Shown: positions 15,180 through 23,168 of the stretch, one piece after another | Layout: every line of letters begins with the position of its first letter | Numbering within the stretch: the first letter of the stretch is position 1 | UHGV virus genome: UHGV-0137099 | Direction: 5' to 3' (one strand) | Source of the DNA: a virus | Length of the DNA: 25,615 bases | Notes under the pieces: generated by a model | What the model was told of the DNA's origin: nothing | Databases searched by the model: none | What the model saw: only the letters and a program-made list of their open reading frames with translations | Made by a program: the position numbers and the translations under genes

Positions 15180-15401
15180 ATGTGTGGTAGCGCACCCAAA
15201 GTTGTTCAGTCAGACCCGCAGGCCGAAGCCGATGCAGCAGCTGACGCAGCGGCCAAAGCTGCGAACGCTGACGCAGCAGCGCGCAAAAAGCGCAAACAGG
15301 GATCATCCCTGCTGGCCAGTGGCGCAGAAGGCGCGACGGATACAGGTTCTTCCCTGCTGTCCACTGGCGCACAGGCCGCAAAAAATACGTTAGGGGCTTA
15401 A
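15180..15401 (+). CDS. Hypothetical Ala-rich small protein (73 aa) carrying two SSLL-S/A-G repeats
   Basis: Strong SD AAGGAGAG 5 nt before ATG 15180; near-identical 21-bp direct repeat in DNA (TCCCTGCTGGCCAGTGGCGCA / TCCCTGCTGTCCACTGGCGCA). Confidence 0.45.
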   Translation: MCGSAPKVVQSDPQAEADAAADAAAKAANADAAARKKRKQGSSLLASGAEGATDTGSSLLSTGAQAAKNTLGA

Positions 15402-15404
15402 TTC

Positions 15405-17030
15405 ATGGATCAACTCGCCAGCCGGTTAATCAGGCGCGCTGACACGCTGAAAGCAAATCGCCAGGTGCATGAAAGCGTCTGGCGAGAGTGCTACGACTAC
15501 ACCTATCCGCTGCGCGGGGCCGGGTTTTCGTCTGAGGTGCTGGACGCACAGAGCGCGAAACATAAGGTTGCAAAGCTGCTGGACGGCACAGCCACCGACA
15601 GCGCCCGCATGCTGGCGTCCGCGCTTATGTCAGGGATGACCCCGGCGAATGCTCAATGGCTGAACCTCGACAGCGAATTACTGCCTGATGACGCTAAGGC
15701 GTGGTTGTCCACCTGTGCAACGCTGGTATGGGAAAATATCCACGCCGCTAACTTTGACGCGGAAGGGTACGAGGCCAATCTCGATGTGGTCTGCGCTGGC
15801 TGGTTCGCGCTGTACGTCGATGAGGACAAGGAAGAGGGCGGATTTACCTTTCAGCAGTGGCCGCTGGCGCAATGCTTTGTGACCTCCACCCGCCGGGACG
15901 GCATCGTTGACACGATTTATCGCTGCTATCAGCTCACCGCTGAACAGGCAGTGAAAGAATTTGGCGCGGACAGGGTAAGCGAAAAAATCCGCGATGCTGC
16001 AAAAAACAAACCCGACGATAAATTTGATTTCCTGCACTGTATTTTCCCGCGCGATACCTACGCCGAAAATGCGAAGCTGGCGCGCAACATGCGTTTTGCA
16101 TCGTTCAACGTGGAAGTGAGCGGCAAGCGTATTGTGCGTGAATCCGGCTATCACGAATTCCCTGTATGTGTCCCGCGCTGGATGAAAATCCCCGGCGGCT
16201 CCTACGGCATCGGCCCGGTATACGACGCGCTGCCGGACTGCAAAGAGCTGAACGAAACCAAACGCATGGAGAAGGCCGCGCAGGATCTGGCTATCTCCGG
16301 GATGTGGATTGCTGAAGATGACGGCGTGCTTAATCCGCGCACGGTCAAAGTCGGCCCGCGCCGCATCATCGTGGCAAACAGCACCGAAAGCATGAAACCG
16401 TTGCTCACCGGCGCAGATTTCAACGTTGCGTTTACCGCTGAACAGCGTCTGCAGGCTTCCATTCGCAAAATCATGATGGCCGATCAGCTACAGCCGCAGG
16501 ATGGCCCGGCAATGACCGCTACCGAAGTGCATGTGCGTGTCGCGCTGATCCGCCAGTTGCTCGGCCCGGTCTATGGCCGTTTTCAGGCTGAATACCTGCA
16601 ACCGCTGGTGGAGCGCTGCTTTGGTATTGCGTTCCGCGCTGGCGTTTTCCCTCCCGCCCCCGAGAGCCTCCAGAGTGCCAATTTTAACGTGCGTTATATC
16701 TCCCCGCTGGCCCGCGCGCAGAAGCTGGAAGATGTGACCGCCATCGAGCGCTACGGCCAGAACATCATGCAACTGGCGCAGGCGTACCCCGATGTACTGG
16801 ACAACATGGACAGCGACGAGGCGAGCAAGGTTGTCGGCGAGGCTCTTGGCGTTCCCGCAAAAGTCATGCGCTCTGCTGATGCGGTCGAGCAACTTCGACA
16901 GCAGCGCCAGCAGATGCAACAGCAGCAGGCGCAACAGCAGATGCTGATGCAGGCCGGGACGGAAGCCGCAGGCGCAGCAGGGCAGACAGCAGGTGCAATT
17001 ATGGGACAACGACTGGCGGGCAACCAATGA
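15405..17030 (+). CDS. Head-to-tail connector (portal) protein, podovirus/T7-like type
   Basis: 541 aa, immediately upstream of scaffold-like and capsid genes; Gln-rich C-terminus (QLRQQRQQMQQQQAQQQMLMQ) as in T7-type connectors. Assigned by size, order and composition, not by alignment. Confidence 0.65.
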   Translation: MDQLASRLIRRADTLKANRQVHESVWRECYDYTYPLRGAGFSSEVLDAQSAKHKVAKLLDGTATDSARMLASALMSGMTPANAQWLNLDSELLPDDAKAWLSTCATLVWENIHAANFDAEGYEANLDVVCAGWFALYVDEDKEEGGFTFQQWPLAQCFVTSTRRDGIVDTIYRCYQLTAEQAVKEFGADRVSEKIRDAAKNKPDDKFDFLHCIFPRDTYAENAKLARNMRFASFNVEVSGKRIVRESGYHEFPVCVPRWMKIPGGSYGIGPVYDALPDCKELNETKRMEKAAQDLAISGMWIAEDDGVLNPRTVKVGPRRIIVANSTESMKPLLTGADFNVAFTAEQRLQASIRKIMMADQLQPQDGPAMTATEVHVRVALIRQLLGPVYGRFQAEYLQPLVERCFGIAFRAGVFPPAPESLQSANFNVRYISPLARAQKLEDVTAIERYGQNIMQLAQAYPDVLDNMDSDEASKVVGEALGVPAKVMRSADAVEQLRQQRQQMQQQQAQQQMLMQAGTEAAGAAGQTAGAIMGQRLAGNQ

Positions 17031-17260
17031 TCAAAAAAGACGTAACCCCTGAAGACTACCGGCGCATTTTCGAGGAAATGCCCGGCGGGCCGCAGGTGCT
17101 GGACGACATTACCCGCCGCTTCGGGCGTGAGGCATATGTCAAAGGCGGTACTGAGGGCGACCGCGAAACCTGTTACCGGGCCGGACAGCGTTCCGTTCTC
17201 GATTTTATTCTCAGTCAAATCAACAAGGCCGATGGAGTAGAAGACTATGTGGAAGATTAA
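17027..17260 (+). CDS. Hypothetical protein (77 aa)
   Basis: ATGA overlap with the portal stop. Confidence 0.5.
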   Translation: MIKKDVTPEDYRRIFEEMPGGPQVLDDITRRFGREAYVKGGTEGDRETCYRAGQRSVLDFILSQINKADGVEDYVED

Positions 17261-18095
17261 ACACTTATTGATGAACGCCGAGCAGGGCGCAGAAGCGCCA
17301 GCAGGCAGCACAGGGGGCAATGATGGTGGCAATGGCGATGGTACTCAAAATCCGGGCGGCGGTAATCCTGCTGGTACTTCGCTACTCAGCACCGGCGCGG
17401 TCGAACAAGGCGCGGATGACTGGCTACCTGAAAAATACCGCGTTATGGGCGATGACGGAAAACTCAACGTTGAAGGCTCAGCCCGCAAACTGGCGGATGC
17501 TTACTCGCACCTTGAAAAGCGCATGGGCAGCGGGGACACGCCGCCGAAAACTGCTGATGAGTATGCGCCAAAGGTAGAGGTCGAGGGCTTCAAGTGGGAC
17601 GAATTCAAAGCCGACCCACGCATGCAATCCTTCATGAAATCGGCGCATGCCAAAGGCATCACCAACGATCAGATGGGTTTCATCCTGGGCGAATATGCAC
17701 AGCTGGCCCCCGAACTGGTTAACGGTGCTGCGACGCTGGATTCGGAAGCCGCCGCCACGCAGCTGCGCGAGACGTGGAAAACTGACGCCGAGTTTAATAA
17801 AAACATCGGTCTGGCTTTCCGGGCGTTTAACTCTCTGGCGGATGACAGCGACAAAGGGCGTATGGATGAAATCGGCAATAACCCGCTGGTGATCCGCATG
17901 CTGGCGAAAATCGGCGCTGAAATGCAGGAAGATGCACCGGCGGGCGGTGATGTGAATCTCGAAGAGCAGCAATCAATCCGCGACCTGATGAAATCCCCGG
18001 CGTATATGGATCCTAAACACGCTGACCATGAGAACGTTTCCGCCCGGGTTCGCGCCTATTACCAGAAGCGTTACGGCGATCAAACTGTAGCGTGA
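17247..18095 (+). CDS. Putative capsid assembly (scaffolding) protein
   Basis: 282 aa, strongly acidic, Gly/Ala-rich N-terminus, between portal and major capsid; assignment positional. Confidence 0.5.
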   Translation: MWKIKHLLMNAEQGAEAPAGSTGGNDGGNGDGTQNPGGGNPAGTSLLSTGAVEQGADDWLPEKYRVMGDDGKLNVEGSARKLADAYSHLEKRMGSGDTPPKTADEYAPKVEVEGFKWDEFKADPRMQSFMKSAHAKGITNDQMGFILGEYAQLAPELVNGAATLDSEAAATQLRETWKTDAEFNKNIGLAFRAFNSLADDSDKGRMDEIGNNPLVIRMLAKIGAEMQEDAPAGGDVNLEEQQSIRDLMKSPAYMDPKHADHENVSARVRAYYQKRYGDQTVA

Positions 18096-18128
18096 CATGT
18101 CACGACAACTTAACCAGAGGAAAGACCA

Positions 18129-18485
18129 ATGAGCGACAAAGATATCGAACAGCAAATTCAGGCTAAAGGCTTAACCGCGCCGCGCGTCACTCCACAGCAC
18201 ATTGATAGCGTTATTGCTGAATGTCATTACTTTACGGCTGGCGAGGCTGCGCGCGCTGGGTGGCCTGACCCTAATGCCGCCGATCCGATTCACCCAAATC
18301 TAGACCTACTTACTATCTGCGTTCTGGTGCTACGTAACGGCTTCACCGTCACCGGCGAAAGCGCCTGCGCCAGCCCGGAAAACTTCGACCCTGAAATCGG
18401 GCGCAAGATTGCACGCGATAACGCGGTAAATAAAATCTGGATGCTGGAGGGGTATTTGCTCAAACAGAAATTAAGCGAACAGTAA
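18129..18485 (+). CDS. Hypothetical virion-module protein (118 aa)
   Basis: Preceded by palindrome CGTGACATGTCACG and AGGAAAGACCAATG; between scaffold and capsid genes. Confidence 0.5.
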   Translation: MSDKDIEQQIQAKGLTAPRVTPQHIDSVIAECHYFTAGEAARAGWPDPNAADPIHPNLDLLTICVLVLRNGFTVTGESACASPENFDPEIGRKIARDNAVNKIWMLEGYLLKQKLSEQ

Positions 18486-18506
18486 TACTGCTATCGATAA
18501 AACTTA

Positions 18507-18535
18507 GCCCGCCAATGTGCGGGCTTTGTTATTTG
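18507..18535 (+). terminator. Putative intrinsic terminator or attenuator upstream of the capsid gene
   Basis: Hairpin AGCCCGC-CAATGT-GCGGGCT followed by TTGTTATTT. Confidence 0.45.
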
Positions 18536-18700
18536 GTCGGGATTCCGACCGCACACCTCGATAACAATCACTCCATAACCAGCCCGGCGGGGACGCCGGA
18601 TACCTGATTTCTCCCGCAATGCGCCAGCGCCAACCGCATTGTGCAGATTTGGGCCGGGAAACCGACACCCCGCAGGCGATTTTTTACTGGAGTGATTTTT

Positions 18701-19606
18701 ATGCCATTTGATGCAAACAAGAACATGATTACCGCTGCGTTTGTTACGCAGTTTCATGATTCTTTCGAAATTGCTGCACAGCAAAAGGATTCGCGCCTGC
18801 AAGCGGCTGTCCATGACCGTGGCAGCATCACCGGTGCGTCGTTCACCATCAACGATATGGGTACCATTGAGATGACCCAGATCACCACGCGTTTCGGTGA
18901 TACCGTCTGGGATGTTCCGGAGGCCGGTACCCGTAATGCGCTGATGGCCGACTACGGCGTTTTCGTACCGGTCGAGAAACGCGACCTGCGCAAGCTGATT
19001 GCCGACCCGCAGGGGCCGTATTTGCAGCTCACCCTGTCCGCCGCCAACCGCAAAAAAGACGATGTTATTTACCGCGCGCTGCTCGATGCGGTACTGCGTA
19101 AGACTGAGAACAACGGCGCGTATGCATCCGTTACCCTCCCGGCCTCGCAGAAAATCGTTGCTGGCGGTACTGGCATGACCAAAGCCAAACTGATCGCAGC
19201 AAAAGCGATGTTCCGCCGTAACGAATGTGACGAGCAGAACGGCGAAGAGCTCTACATGACGTACAACGCCGACATGCTGACGCAGATCCTCAGCGATACC
19301 ACGCTGACCAGCGCCGACTTTATGGCGGTGAAAATGCTTCAGGAAGGTGCGGTAAACGGTAACTGGCTGGGCTTTAAATGGCTGGCTTACGAGAAACTGG
19401 ACTCTGTGACCGCCGAAAGCGTCACCACCAAAACCGCAGCAGCCTGGTGTAAATCCGCTGTGCATTTCGGTACTGGCGCCGAGTATAACGTCGATATCGG
19501 CCCGCGCCGCGATAAAAATAACACCATCCAGATTTCCGTTGATGCGTCCTATGGTGCTGGCCGTGCCAATGAGAAAAAAGTCGTTGCCATCGATTTTGTA
19601 GCATAA
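18701..19606 (+). CDS. Major capsid protein
   Basis: 301 aa from ATG 18701 (SD GGAG upstream); follows portal and scaffold and is followed by a strong terminator. The track's 321-aa version starts further upstream without an SD. Confidence 0.65.
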   Translation: MPFDANKNMITAAFVTQFHDSFEIAAQQKDSRLQAAVHDRGSITGASFTINDMGTIEMTQITTRFGDTVWDVPEAGTRNALMADYGVFVPVEKRDLRKLIADPQGPYLQLTLSAANRKKDDVIYRALLDAVLRKTENNGAYASVTLPASQKIVAGGTGMTKAKLIAAKAMFRRNECDEQNGEELYMTYNADMLTQILSDTTLTSADFMAVKMLQEGAVNGNWLGFKWLAYEKLDSVTAESVTTKTAAAWCKSAVHFGTGAEYNVDIGPRRDKNNTIQISVDASYGAGRANEKKVVAIDFVA

Positions 19607-19622
19607 AGCCGCTGGTACCTTT

Positions 19623-19650
19623 GCCGGGGGATCCCTCCCGGCCTTTTTTC
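19623..19650 (+). terminator. Rho-independent terminator immediately after the capsid gene
   Basis: Hairpin GCCGGG-GGATCCCT-CCCGGC followed by CTTTTTTC. Confidence 0.65.
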
Positions 19651-19665
19651 ATCTGAGGTAAGGCT

Positions 19666-20229
19666 ATGGCTTCCAGTATCTCTATCTGTTCTAACGCACT
19701 GCTAGCGCTCGGCGCCCATCCCATTAACAGCTTCGACGAAGCGACCGAACACGCCCGCCTGTGCTCCAATATTTACCCTACCGTACGCAATGACCTGCTG
19801 CGAAAACATCCGTGGAACTGCGCGGTAAAACGCGTTGTGCTCTCACCGTCCAGCACCGCGCCCGCATTTGGTTTCGGCTACCAGTTCCCGCTACCGGGCG
19901 ATTTAATCCGGATCCTTTCCGTTGGCCGCGAATATGAGGATATCGGGTACCGCGTCGAAGGAAACCGCCTGCTGGCGAACCAGAACGTGATTTATCTGCG
20001 CTACCTGTTCCGTAACGAGGATGAATCAACGTGGGATTCGTCGCTGGTCAATCTGGCCGAAGCATTTATGGCCGCAAAACTGGCGTATGCCGTCACCGGC
20101 TCCGCGAGTCTGCGCGACAGTCTGACGCAGGAAGCTGCATACCTTCTTCGCCAGGCTAAATCTATCGACGGGCAGGAAGAACCGCCGGAAACACTGGACG
20201 GCTTTCCAACTTATGAATCGAGGTTCTGA
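19666..20229 (+). CDS. Putative tail tubular protein A-like (adaptor/nozzle component)
   Basis: 187 aa directly after capsid and terminator; SD GAGGTAAGG; assignment by size and gene order. Confidence 0.45.
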   Translation: MASSISICSNALLALGAHPINSFDEATEHARLCSNIYPTVRNDLLRKHPWNCAVKRVVLSPSSTAPAFGFGYQFPLPGDLIRILSVGREYEDIGYRVEGNRLLANQNVIYLRYLFRNEDESTWDSSLVNLAEAFMAAKLAYAVTGSASLRDSLTQEAAYLLRQAKSIDGQEEPPETLDGFPTYESRF

Positions 20230-22220
20230 TGCGCGCGAACCTGATAAAAACCAATTTTACAGCCGGGGAAATTTCCCCGCGCCTGATGGGCCGTGTTGAT
20301 ATCGCCCGCTATGCCAACGGTGCAAAAATTATCGAAAACGCGGTGTGCGTGGTGCAGGGCGGTGTCGTTCGCCGACCGGGTACGCGCTTTGCCGCTGCCG
20401 CTAAATATGGTGACCGGACAGCACGACTGATCCCCTACGTCTTTAACCGCTCGCAGGCGTACATGCTCGAATTCGGCGACGGATACCTGCGCATTTACCA
20501 GAACGGCCGGCAGCTGGTAAACGAAGACAATACCCCGTATGAAATCGCCAGCCCGTACACCGTCGATATGTTGTCTGAGGTGAATTACGTGCAGGGTGCT
20601 GACACGATGTTTTTAGTGCACCAGAGCGTCCCGCCGCACCGCTTGCAGCGTAAGGGGCAAACTGATTGGGTACTGGAAGCCGCGCCGTTTATCGTTGAGC
20701 CATTCGACGAAATCCGCGACACGCCGGAGAAATGGTGTAAGCCATCCGTTAAAGAATTCGTTGGCTCAGAAATCACGCTGACGCTCAGTGATGCCGAACC
20801 CGCAGATGGTGACGATTCCCCCGCGTTTACTGGCACCGGCTGGGTAGCGGAGGACGTTGGTTCGTACGTTCGCATTAACAGTGGTCTGGTGCTGATTAAG
20901 AGCATCACCAGCGCGCAGGTCGCAGTCGGTACCATCCGCACCGATTTAAGCGCGACGCAGGCGGCATCCCCCGGAGCCTGGACACGTGAAGATACTGTCT
21001 GGACGGAGGAATTTGGCTACCCCGGCGCGGTGACGCTGTACCAGCAGCGACTGGTTCTGGCTGGTTCCCCACAGTACCCGCAAACAATTTGGTGGAGCGA
21101 AACCGGCGTTTACCTGTCGTTTGAGCTGGGAACGGACGACGACGACGCGATCAGCTTTACGCTGTCTTCTGACCAGTTAAACCCAATTGTGCATCTGGCG
21201 CAGATGAATACGCTTATCGCGCTGACGTACGGCGGCGAGTTTACGATCACCGCTGGCAGCGACGCGGCAATCACGCCCACCAATATTTCGGTAAAAAATC
21301 CCAGCCCGTACGGTTGCAACAGCATTCGCCCGGTTCGCGTCGGTACCGAAATTATGTTTATCCAGCGTGCCGGGAAAAAACTGTATGCCGTGGCGTATGA
21401 CCCCGACAGCTACGTTTCGTATTCCGCCAATGATTTAACGGTGCTGGCCGAACACATCACGGCCGACGGCGTTCTCGATATGGCGTATCAACAACAGCCT
21501 GATGCGTTCGTGTGGCTGATCCGCGCCGATGGCGTACTGGTTACGATGGGAATAGACCGGGCGCAGGATGTTGTCGCATGGTCACGTCAGATCACCGATG
21601 GCGTTTTTGAATCGGTGGCGAGTATTCCCTCGGAAAGCGATGACGTGATTTATGTGCTGGTGCGCCGGGAAGTTAACGGCCAGACCGTTCGTTATGTTGA
21701 AGTATTCGACAACACCCTGAATACCGATTCCGCCGTAACCGGCTCCAGTTCAGAAGGTGCCACCACATGGACAGGCCTTTCTCATCTCAATGGAAAAACG
21801 GTTGATGTGGTGGCCGATGGTTCCGTGATGCCACAGGCAACGGTAACAGACGGGCAAATCACTCTCAGCCGCAAAGCAAAAAAAATCGAAGTCGGCCTGC
21901 ATTATGAAACCACCATTCAGACACTGACGCCGGAAATCTCAACGACCGAAGGTACCACGCAGAACGCCCGCAAGCGTACCAGCGAAGTCACGCTGCGCTT
22001 TATGGAAACCACCGGCGCAGAGTGCAACGGTCAGGTGATCCCGTTTCGTACCTTCGGCCCAAAAATCCTTAACCAGCCCGCACCGCTTTTCACCGGTGAT
22101 CATTATTTCGGGAAACTTGGCTGGGAGCGTGGGGAAGACACTTTGATTATTCAGCAACGCCAGCCGCTGCCGTTTCACCTGCTGGCGATTATTTTCACGT
22201 TCTCCAGCAACGGGGGGTAA
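20229..22220 (+). CDS. Putative tail tubular protein B-like / major tail-tube component
   Basis: 663 aa, translationally coupled to the previous gene (stop/start overlap); assignment by size and order. Confidence 0.45.
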   Translation: MRANLIKTNFTAGEISPRLMGRVDIARYANGAKIIENAVCVVQGGVVRRPGTRFAAAAKYGDRTARLIPYVFNRSQAYMLEFGDGYLRIYQNGRQLVNEDNTPYEIASPYTVDMLSEVNYVQGADTMFLVHQSVPPHRLQRKGQTDWVLEAAPFIVEPFDEIRDTPEKWCKPSVKEFVGSEITLTLSDAEPADGDDSPAFTGTGWVAEDVGSYVRINSGLVLIKSITSAQVAVGTIRTDLSATQAASPGAWTREDTVWTEEFGYPGAVTLYQQRLVLAGSPQYPQTIWWSETGVYLSFELGTDDDDAISFTLSSDQLNPIVHLAQMNTLIALTYGGEFTITAGSDAAITPTNISVKNPSPYGCNSIRPVRVGTEIMFIQRAGKKLYAVAYDPDSYVSYSANDLTVLAEHITADGVLDMAYQQQPDAFVWLIRADGVLVTMGIDRAQDVVAWSRQITDGVFESVASIPSESDDVIYVLVRREVNGQTVRYVEVFDNTLNTDSAVTGSSSEGATTWTGLSHLNGKTVDVVADGSVMPQATVTDGQITLSRKAKKIEVGLHYETTIQTLTPEISTTEGTTQNARKRTSEVTLRFMETTGAECNGQVIPFRTFGPKILNQPAPLFTGDHYFGKLGWERGEDTLIIQQRQPLPFHLLAIIFTFSSNGG

Positions 22221-22672
22221 TGATGATCCGCAACGCTACCGCCGGTGACATTCCGGCGCTTATTGAACTGGGAACCCGGATGTATCTGGAATCCCGCTAT
22301 TCCGAAAACTCACCCTTTGATGCGGACAAATGCGCGGAACTGGCTGAGAGCCTGATTTATTCCACCGCCGGCTGTGTGCTGGTGGCTGAAAAGAATGGCC
22401 AGGTGATTGGCTGGCTCGGCGGCGGTATCGCGGAGCAGTTTTTTTCCCGCCAGTTGATGGCGTTTGAATATGGCCTGTTCATCGCTCCGGAGCACCGGGG
22501 CGGCAGTGCTGGCCCACGGTTGGCCCGCGCATTTATCGAATGGTCGAAAGAACACGGCGCCGCAGTGATCAACATGGGGATCACTACGGGCGTACATGCC
22601 GAACGTACTGGCCAGCTTTATTCCCGCCTCGGTCTGCAACGTACCGGGCTGCTTTATTCGATGGAGGTTTAA
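22220..22672 (+). CDS. GNAT-family N-acetyltransferase embedded in the virion module
   Basis: 150 aa; acetyl-CoA-binding-type segment IAPEHRGGSAGPRLARAFIEWSKEHGA (Q/R-x-x-G-x-G/A pattern) and overall GNAT layout; TAATG overlap with the upstream tail gene. Confidence 0.8.
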   Translation: MMIRNATAGDIPALIELGTRMYLESRYSENSPFDADKCAELAESLIYSTAGCVLVAEKNGQVIGWLGGGIAEQFFSRQLMAFEYGLFIAPEHRGGSAGPRLARAFIEWSKEHGAAVINMGITTGVHAERTGQLYSRLGLQRTGLLYSMEV

Positions 22673-22674
22673 CG

Positions 22675-23163
22675 ATGTGTACAGGTGTTGAAATCGCGCT
22701 GGTGGCTTCTTCTGTTCTCGCTGCAGGTGGTGCAGTGGCCAGCGGCCAGCAGCAAAAGAAAATGGCGAACTATCAGGCCGCGCAAGCTGAAGCCGACGCC
22801 GAAGCATCAAAAGCAGCGGCGAAAGTTGAAGCGGAGCGTATTCGTAAAGCCGGTCGCCAGCAGGCATCTGCCGCCAATGCTGCGTTGGCAGCTTCAGGCG
22901 TTGAGACGGGAGAGGGAACGGCGCTCCGTGTCACGTCAGGTATTGCCGGGGATGCGGAGCAGGACGCCTACCAGACAATCCTTAATGGCGTGAATTCTTC
23001 TAATCGCCTGCAGGCGCAGGCACAAGCCGACAGGATCAGCGGCAGTAATGCGGCGACAGCGGGGAATATCAGCGCCGGCAGTTCGCTTTTGAGCGCTGGC
23101 GGGACGGCGTACAGCGGCTGGCAAAAGGCTAAAACTGGCAAATACGGATTATATGCGGAGTAA
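22675..23163 (+). CDS. Putative internal virion/ejection protein with N-terminal hydrophobic segment
   Basis: 162 aa from ATG 22675; hydrophobic N-terminus VEIALVASSVLAAGGAVASG, Ala/Gln-rich body, SSLLSAG motif near the C-terminus. Confidence 0.5.
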   Translation: MCTGVEIALVASSVLAAGGAVASGQQQKKMANYQAAQAEADAEASKAAAKVEAERIRKAGRQQASAANAALAASGVETGEGTALRVTSGIAGDAEQDAYQTILNGVNSSNRLQAQAQADRISGSNAATAGNISAGSSLLSAGGTAYSGWQKAKTGKYGLYAE

Positions 23164-23168
23164 AAAAC

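Noticed and set aside
15678-17332. Minus-strand ORFs of 158, 179 and 193 aa inside the portal and scaffold genes
   Set aside because: Antisense shadow ORFs in a GC-rich coding region; their Cys/Arg-rich translations look non-protein-like.
1499-18131. Reading the start-associated motif as a promoter for a phage-encoded single-subunit RNA polymerase
   Set aside because: No RNA polymerase gene is present in this window and the motif also precedes early genes such as xis. It is kept only as one of several hypotheses in the findings, not as an annotation.
18491-19465. 324-aa minus-strand ORF opposite the capsid gene
   Set aside because: Almost completely overlaps the plus-strand major capsid ORF, which has the SD, the gene-order support and flanking terminators.
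22540-22674. Longer 207-aa version of the ejection-like protein starting at 22540
   Set aside because: That start lies inside the GNAT gene in another frame; the ATG at 22675 follows the GNAT stop and gives a hydrophobic N-terminus typical of this protein class.
22310-22867. 185-aa minus-strand ORF opposite the GNAT gene
   Set aside because: Antisense to a CDS with clear GNAT motifs and translational coupling to its neighbours.
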